From an uncultured Clostridia bacterium (lineage in GTDB: Bacteria; Bacillota; Clostridia; TANB77; CAG-465): a stretch of 64,000 bases of DNA. A program made the position numbers and the translations under genes. The notes under the pieces were generated by a model. The model did no database searches. It was not told where the DNA came from and was given only the letters and a program-made list of their open reading frames with translations. The stretch lies in assembly GCA_934132895.1 (NCBI GenBank), contig CAKPAG010000006.1, positions 933 to 64,932 on the forward strand. The letters are read 5' to 3'. Shown here piece after piece: positions 59,474 to 64,000 of this stretch (the stretch's first letter is position 1; the number at the start of each line of letters is the position of its first letter).

Positions 59474-60409
59474 TTAAATTGCTTCTAAATCATTTAATTT
59501 TTCTTCAAATTCAGAAATTCTTTTTTCTGTTTCATATTGCTCAATTCTATTTAGAGCATATAGATATTTTCTTTCTTGTGAAAGTAATGATTGATACTCT
59601 TCGTTCCAATCTTCATGGCTTCTAAGAGAAGCATGTACATCATTTAATTTTTCTTCAAGTACAAGTTTTATTGGATCCATAATGTCTTTGTTTTTATCAA
59701 ATTTTATACCATTGTCAACCATATGAGTTATAACTTCTGCAAAAAGTCTTTCGCCTTGAGTATTTACACCTTGATCAGCATTATCATATAATATATCTAC
59801 AACTTTATTAACTTTTTCCATACCCATTTTTTCAAATAGAGTATCTACCCTTGAGTCAATAAATTGACCATTCTCTCCAAATACTTCTTGTCCTTTTATA
59901 AACAAGTCTACATTGTTTTGTACTATTCTAGCTTGTTCTATTGGTAATTCTTCAGTAGCGAATTTTAACGCATGTCTGTCATAGTATTTTCTAAAAGCAC
60001 TATTACACATTTCTTGCTCTTCAGTATATGGTTTAAAAAATTGTGCATAATCTCTTAATATTTCATGTTGAGTTTTATCTCCACTAACATTTTGTCTTAA
60101 ATCTTCAATATTTTCTCCAAAATATGCTACCACTTTATTATCAATTGCATCTGGTTCATATTTGAAAACAGGTTGATTTAATCCTTCATCAGCTTGCATT
60201 TGCATTTGTGGATCTAAATTTAAAGTTGCTTGCTCTTGAGAATCTAAATTAACCTCTTGTTGTTCTTGATTTGCTTCTTCAAGCATTAAATAATCTTTCT
60301 TTAATCCAAATATTTTCATAAATCCATTTTTTACTGAATTTATATCTTCTAAAAACAATTTCCATTCATTTTTCCAAAATTCAAACATATAAACACCTCT
60401 TTTGTACAA
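59474..60409 (-). CDS. hypothetical protein with N-terminal FWxxEWxLFxxD motif
   Basis: 311 aa; FEFWKNEWKLFLEDI motif shared with 60620-60895 gene; AAAGAGGTG RBS. Confidence 0.45.
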   Translation of the reverse strand: MYKRGVYMFEFWKNEWKLFLEDINSVKNGFMKIFGLKKDYLMLEEANQEQQEVNLDSQEQATLNLDPQMQMQADEGLNQPVFKYEPDAIDNKVVAYFGENIEDLRQNVSGDKTQHEILRDYAQFFKPYTEEQEMCNSAFRKYYDRHALKFATEELPIEQARIVQNNVDLFIKGQEVFGENGQFIDSRVDTLFEKMGMEKVNKVVDILYDNADQGVNTQGERLFAEVITHMVDNGIKFDKNKDIMDPIKLVLEEKLNDVHASLRSHEDWNEEYQSLLSQERKYLYALNRIEQYETEKRISEFEEKLNDLEAI

Positions 60410-60619
60410 ATAATAACTCTATTATTTTAACAATATTATACAAAAAGCCAAAATAAAATACAATAGCATTTTTATTATATTTTTATTACATTTTTATTAC
60501 AATATATGCTTTTATAGTTCTTTTTCTTTTAATATAGTCCCAATTTCAATTTGTATTTTACATAATTTTAATATATGGTAAAAAAAAGAAACATAAAATT
60601 TATGTCTCTTTTTTTATTT

Positions 60620-60895
60620 CTATTTAAAAGTTACTGGTTGAGTTAAAAATTCTTTAGCGTTATTTAAATCTTGTTTAAATAATGCCCATTCTCTTTGCCA
60701 GAATCCCATACTTTCATTACTATCTGCTTTTTGTTCTATTTCATCAGCAGTAGGTCTTAACATTTGCGCATTTTTACTTTGCCATGGAACAGTAATTTCT
60801 ATTGGTTGTAAACAAAATTCGCCAAGTTCTTGCATATCTTTTAAAAACAAGTCCCATTCGTTTGCCCAAAATCCTTTTTTCTCCATAATATTCAC
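60620..60895 (-). CDS. small protein with two FWxxEWxLFxxD motifs
   Basis: GFWANEWDLFLKDM and GFWQREWALFKQDL repeats; AAAGAGGTG RBS. Confidence 0.45.
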   Translation of the reverse strand: MNIMEKKGFWANEWDLFLKDMQELGEFCLQPIEITVPWQSKNAQMLRPTADEIEQKADSNESMGFWQREWALFKQDLNNAKEFLTQPVTFK

Positions 60896-61065
60896 CTCTT
60901 TTGTTAAAATTACCTTTCTTACGAGTTAATTATATATAATAATTAGTATAAAATCAACTACAAAAAAATAACATTTGTATTACATTTTAGTTACATTGAT
61001 GTACAAATGCTATTTTGTAGTGTTTTACACTATATATATTTTTTTATTTTCTTTTTATTTTTTAT

Positions 61066-61377
61066 TTATTTAATCTTTTCTTCTATAAACTCTATTAAGT
61101 CTTTTTTTGAAATACAACCTATTTGTTTATCTATAAACTTACCATCTTGGTATATATACAAACTAGGTACTGTATCAACACCTAAGCTATTAACTATTTT
61201 TTTGTTTTCATCTACATCTATTTTTAATATGTTATATCCAGCTCTACTATTTGATAACTCTTCTAAAGTTTGGTCAAGTATTAAACAAGGTCCACACCAA
61301 GAAGCATAAAAATTAACTATATTAATTCCGCTACTTATCTCTTTTTCAAATTCTTGTTCCTTTATATGTTTTAACAT
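61066..61377 (-). CDS. trxA: thioredoxin
   Basis: WCGPC active site; 103 aa. Confidence 0.85.
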   Translation of the reverse strand: MLKHIKEQEFEKEISSGINIVNFYASWCGPCLILDQTLEELSNSRAGYNILKIDVDENKKIVNSLGVDTVPSLYIYQDGKFIDKQIGCISKKDLIEFIEEKIK

Positions 61378-61410
61378 GCCTTTTTCACGTTCTCCTTCTA
61401 TACAATTAAA

Positions 61411-61830
61411 TTAATTCTTTTTTTCACCATATTCTATTAATTCTCTATATGGAAACGTTGCTAAGGCACCGTATTCCCATATGTATATATTGTTATATCC
61501 TAAAGAATTTAGTATTTGTATAGCGTTTTTACTACGTGAACCGCTGGCACAATATACCATTATATCTTTTCCTGTATCAAGCTCTGATATTCTTTTGCTT
61601 ATCTCATCAACTGGAATATTTATAGCATTCTTTATATGCATAAAATCATACTCTGGCTTTGTTCTAACATCTATTAAATAAACATTATTTGTTTCTATCA
61701 TATTTTTAGCTTGTTCAAAATTTACAAGATTATATGTACATCTATATGCATTTCTATTTCCTCTAAAAAACATATTATTTCTATTATTCATATTGTTTCC
61801 AAACAACATTTTTCTTATATTATCAAACAT
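61411..61830 (-). CDS. rhodanese-like sulfurtransferase domain protein
   Basis: DVRTKPEYDFMHIKNAINIP ... VYCASGSRS active-site Cys loop; Asn-rich N-terminal extension. Confidence 0.7.
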   Translation of the reverse strand: MFDNIRKMLFGNNMNNRNNMFFRGNRNAYRCTYNLVNFEQAKNMIETNNVYLIDVRTKPEYDFMHIKNAINIPVDEISKRISELDTGKDIMVYCASGSRSKNAIQILNSLGYNNIYIWEYGALATFPYRELIEYGEKKN

Positions 61831-61880
61831 AGGTTATACCTTCTTTCTATATAGTATAACCTATGCTTTAAATTTTTAAA

Positions 61881-64000
61881 TTATGCTTTTTTCTTAAAGA
61901 AAATTTCAGCAAGTAATAGTTTAATAGCCTCAAATAAAGCTATTGTAAATATACTTATTATTATAATAATACCATGAACTCTCGCTGGAATTACTGGCAC
62001 TGACAAAAGTGAAGCAAGAGCAGGAGTAAGTACTATAATTGTTTGTAAAAGTATTGTTCCAACGACACAAAATACCATTGGCATATTTGAAAGAAGTCCA
62101 ATTTTAAATATAGATTTCTTATCTGATCTACATATAAATGAGAAAAGTATTTCTATTGTTGATAATGTTATAAATGTAGCGCCCATTGCTATTTCATGAT
62201 TATAATTTCTGCTTACAATAAAATATAAAGCGAAAATAACTATAGCTTTTATGATACCAGGAATTACAATTCTAGCTATCAAGAAAGGAGTAAATAAGCT
62301 TTCACTTGCCTTTCTTGGTTTTTGTCTCATAATATTTTTTTCTTCTTTTTCAAAACCTAGGGCTATTGCAGGTATTGTATCAGTTACTAAATTTATCCAT
62401 AATATTTGAATAGGTAAGAGAATTGTAAAATTAAATAATGTCGAGAAAAATACAATTAATATTTCTGCTAAATTAGATGCAAGTAAATACGCTATTACGT
62501 TTTGAATATTATTGTATATTCTTCTTCCCTCTTTAATCGCCACTACAATTGTTGCAAAATTATCATCTGCAAGCACCATACTAGAAACACTTTTTGAAAC
62601 CTCAGTTCCAGTTATTCCCATTCCTATACCTATATCTGCTCCTTTTAATGCTGGTGCATCATTTACGCCATCACCAGTCATTGCAACAGTTTTTCCATTT
62701 TTCTTCCAAGCTTTAACTATCCTTATTTTATTTTCAGGTGATACCCTAGCATATACTCTTATCTTATTTACTCTTTTTGCCAATTCCTCATCGGACATTT
62801 TATCTATCTGTGCACCAGTTACAGCTTCCATATCTTCTTTTAATATTCCAAGTTCCTTAGCTATAGATTTTGCTGTATCAATATTATCTCCTGTAATCAT
62901 AACTGGTATCATTCCAGCATTAAAACATCTTTCTACTGCCCTTTTAGCTTCTTTTCTAGGTGGGTCTATCATTGCAACAAGCCCTGCAAATATTAAATTT
63001 TTCTCTTCTTTTTCTATTCCATACTTTTTATCCTGAATTTTATATGCAAAAGCAAGTACTCTTAATGCTTGTTTAGCCATATCAAGGTTACTTTTTAGTA
63101 TTTCTTCTTTTTTAATTTCTGTTAAGTTTTCAACTTTTCCATTAATTAATATTCTATCGCAATTTTTAAGTATTGACTCAACAGCTCCTTTAGTAGAGTA
63201 AAAATAGCTATTTTCGAACTCATTAACTGTTGTCATCATTTTTCTTGTTGAATCAAAAGGTAATTCATCTACCCTTTTATATGTTATATCAAAAGCTTCT
63301 TTATCAAGTTCTAACTTGTTTAAAAAATCGATAAGCGCTGTTTCAGTAGGATCACCTATTGTAACAATAGCACCATTTGCTTCACCAAATTTTGTATCAT
63401 TACAAAACATCATTATATTAGAAAGTATAGCAAAGTCTTCTTTATCTATTTGACATTTCTGTTCAAATTCCTTTTTATTTTGAATATCTGATACGTCATA
63501 TACTTCATTATCTAAATATATTTTTCTTAGTGTCATCTTGTTTTGTGTAAGTGTACCTGTTTTATCTGAACAAATAACCTCAGTTGCGCCTAAGGCTTCT
63601 ACAGATGAAAGTTTCCTTACAATAGCATTTTCTTTTGCCATTTTTTGTACACCTATTGCAAGAGTTATTGTTATAACTGCTGAAAGCCCCTCTGGTATTG
63701 CTGCTACTGCTAATGATATTGCTAGCATAAACACATCTAATATAGGATTACCTTGTAAAAAACCTACTACAAACATTACAATAGTAATAATTACTACTAT
63801 TATGCTTAGTACTTTACTAAGTTCATTTATTTTCTTTTGTAATGGAGTAATTTCAATTTTTTGTGTTGATATAGCTTCAGCTATTTTTCCAAGTTCTGTA
63901 TTCATACCTGTAGCAACAACTAAAGCTTCAGCTCTTCCATATACCACATTACTTCCAGAATATAGCATATTTATTCTGTCACCTAAAGCCACTTCTTTAT
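61881..64000 (-). CDS. P-type ATPase (Ca2+-type, P2A-like), C-terminal ~700 aa; N-terminus beyond window
   Basis: DKTGTLT phosphorylation motif, TGDN, GDGVNDAPAL hinge; reading frame open to window edge. Confidence 0.85.
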   Translation of the reverse strand, partial: KEVALGDRINMLYSGSNVVYGRAEALVVATGMNTELGKIAEAISTQKIEITPLQKKINELSKVLSIIVVIITIVMFVVGFLQGNPILDVFMLAISLAVAAIPEGLSAVITITLAIGVQKMAKENAIVRKLSSVEALGATEVICSDKTGTLTQNKMTLRKIYLDNEVYDVSDIQNKKEFEQKCQIDKEDFAILSNIMMFCNDTKFGEANGAIVTIGDPTETALIDFLNKLELDKEAFDITYKRVDELPFDSTRKMMTTVNEFENSYFYSTKGAVESILKNCDRILINGKVENLTEIKKEEILKSNLDMAKQALRVLAFAYKIQDKKYGIEKEEKNLIFAGLVAMIDPPRKEAKRAVERCFNAGMIPVMITGDNIDTAKSIAKELGILKEDMEAVTGAQIDKMSDEELAKRVNKIRVYARVSPENKIRIVKAWKKNGKTVAMTGDGVNDAPALKGADIGIGMGITGTEVSKSVSSMVLADDNFATIVVAIKEGRRIYNNIQNVIAYLLASNLAEILIVFFSTLFNFTILLPIQILWINLVTDTIPAIALGFEKEEKNIMRQKPRKASESLFTPFLIARIVIPGIIKAIVIFALYFIVSRNYNHEIAMGATFITLSTIEILFSFICRSDKKSIFKIGLLSNMPMVFCVVGTILLQTIIVLTPALASLLSVPVIPARVHGIIIIISIFTIALFEAIKLLLAEIFFKKKA

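Noticed and set aside
1-64000. CRISPR arrays, tRNA or rRNA genes
   Set aside because: No regularly spaced direct repeats and no GC-rich cloverleaf-like segments found on either strand.

Overview
Very AT-rich (~25-28% GC) window from a spore-forming Firmicute (Clostridia-like), mostly transcribed on the minus strand. Core genes recognised from motifs: a complete spoIIIAA-AH operon, smc, rplU-rpmA, pth, secA, ctsR-mcsA-mcsB-clpC (with a CtsR heptad-repeat operator directly after a sigma-A promoter), rpoD, dnaG, mtnN, thioredoxin, a rhodanese and a partial P-type ATPase. Accessory content lies between these. First, an AAA_21-type ATPase + RloB-like pair (AbiL-like candidate) next to a SWIM-SNF2 helicase and a Y-family polymerase. 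Second, a sortase with a thioester-domain (TQXA) adhesin whose sorting signal is cut off straight after LPFTGM. Third, an orphan membrane-anchored TraG/VirD4-like P-loop ATPase. Fourth, a ~1 kb RhuM/Fic-Doc pseudogene flanked by 46-bp direct repeats that duplicate the 3' end of a CMD-cupin gene. Fifth, other small indels, mostly in short homopolymers, that break accessory genes (CMD-cupin, YhcG-like nuclease, a 250-aa hypothetical) while the long core ORFs stay intact. The most unusual locus is 47.4-52.8 kb: three tandem mosaic genes (509/521/657 aa). They share a pilin-like N-terminus lacking Glu+5, a conserved ~150-200 aa N-terminal stalk and a conserved ~35 aa C-terminus, but carry shuffled central beta-rich modules. 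Each sits on a repeated promoter/5'UTR-palindrome/terminator unit. This looks like a candidate undescribed family of variable surface proteins. No rRNA, tRNA or CRISPR was seen. All calls rest on motif recognition and ORF structure only; no database search was possible.
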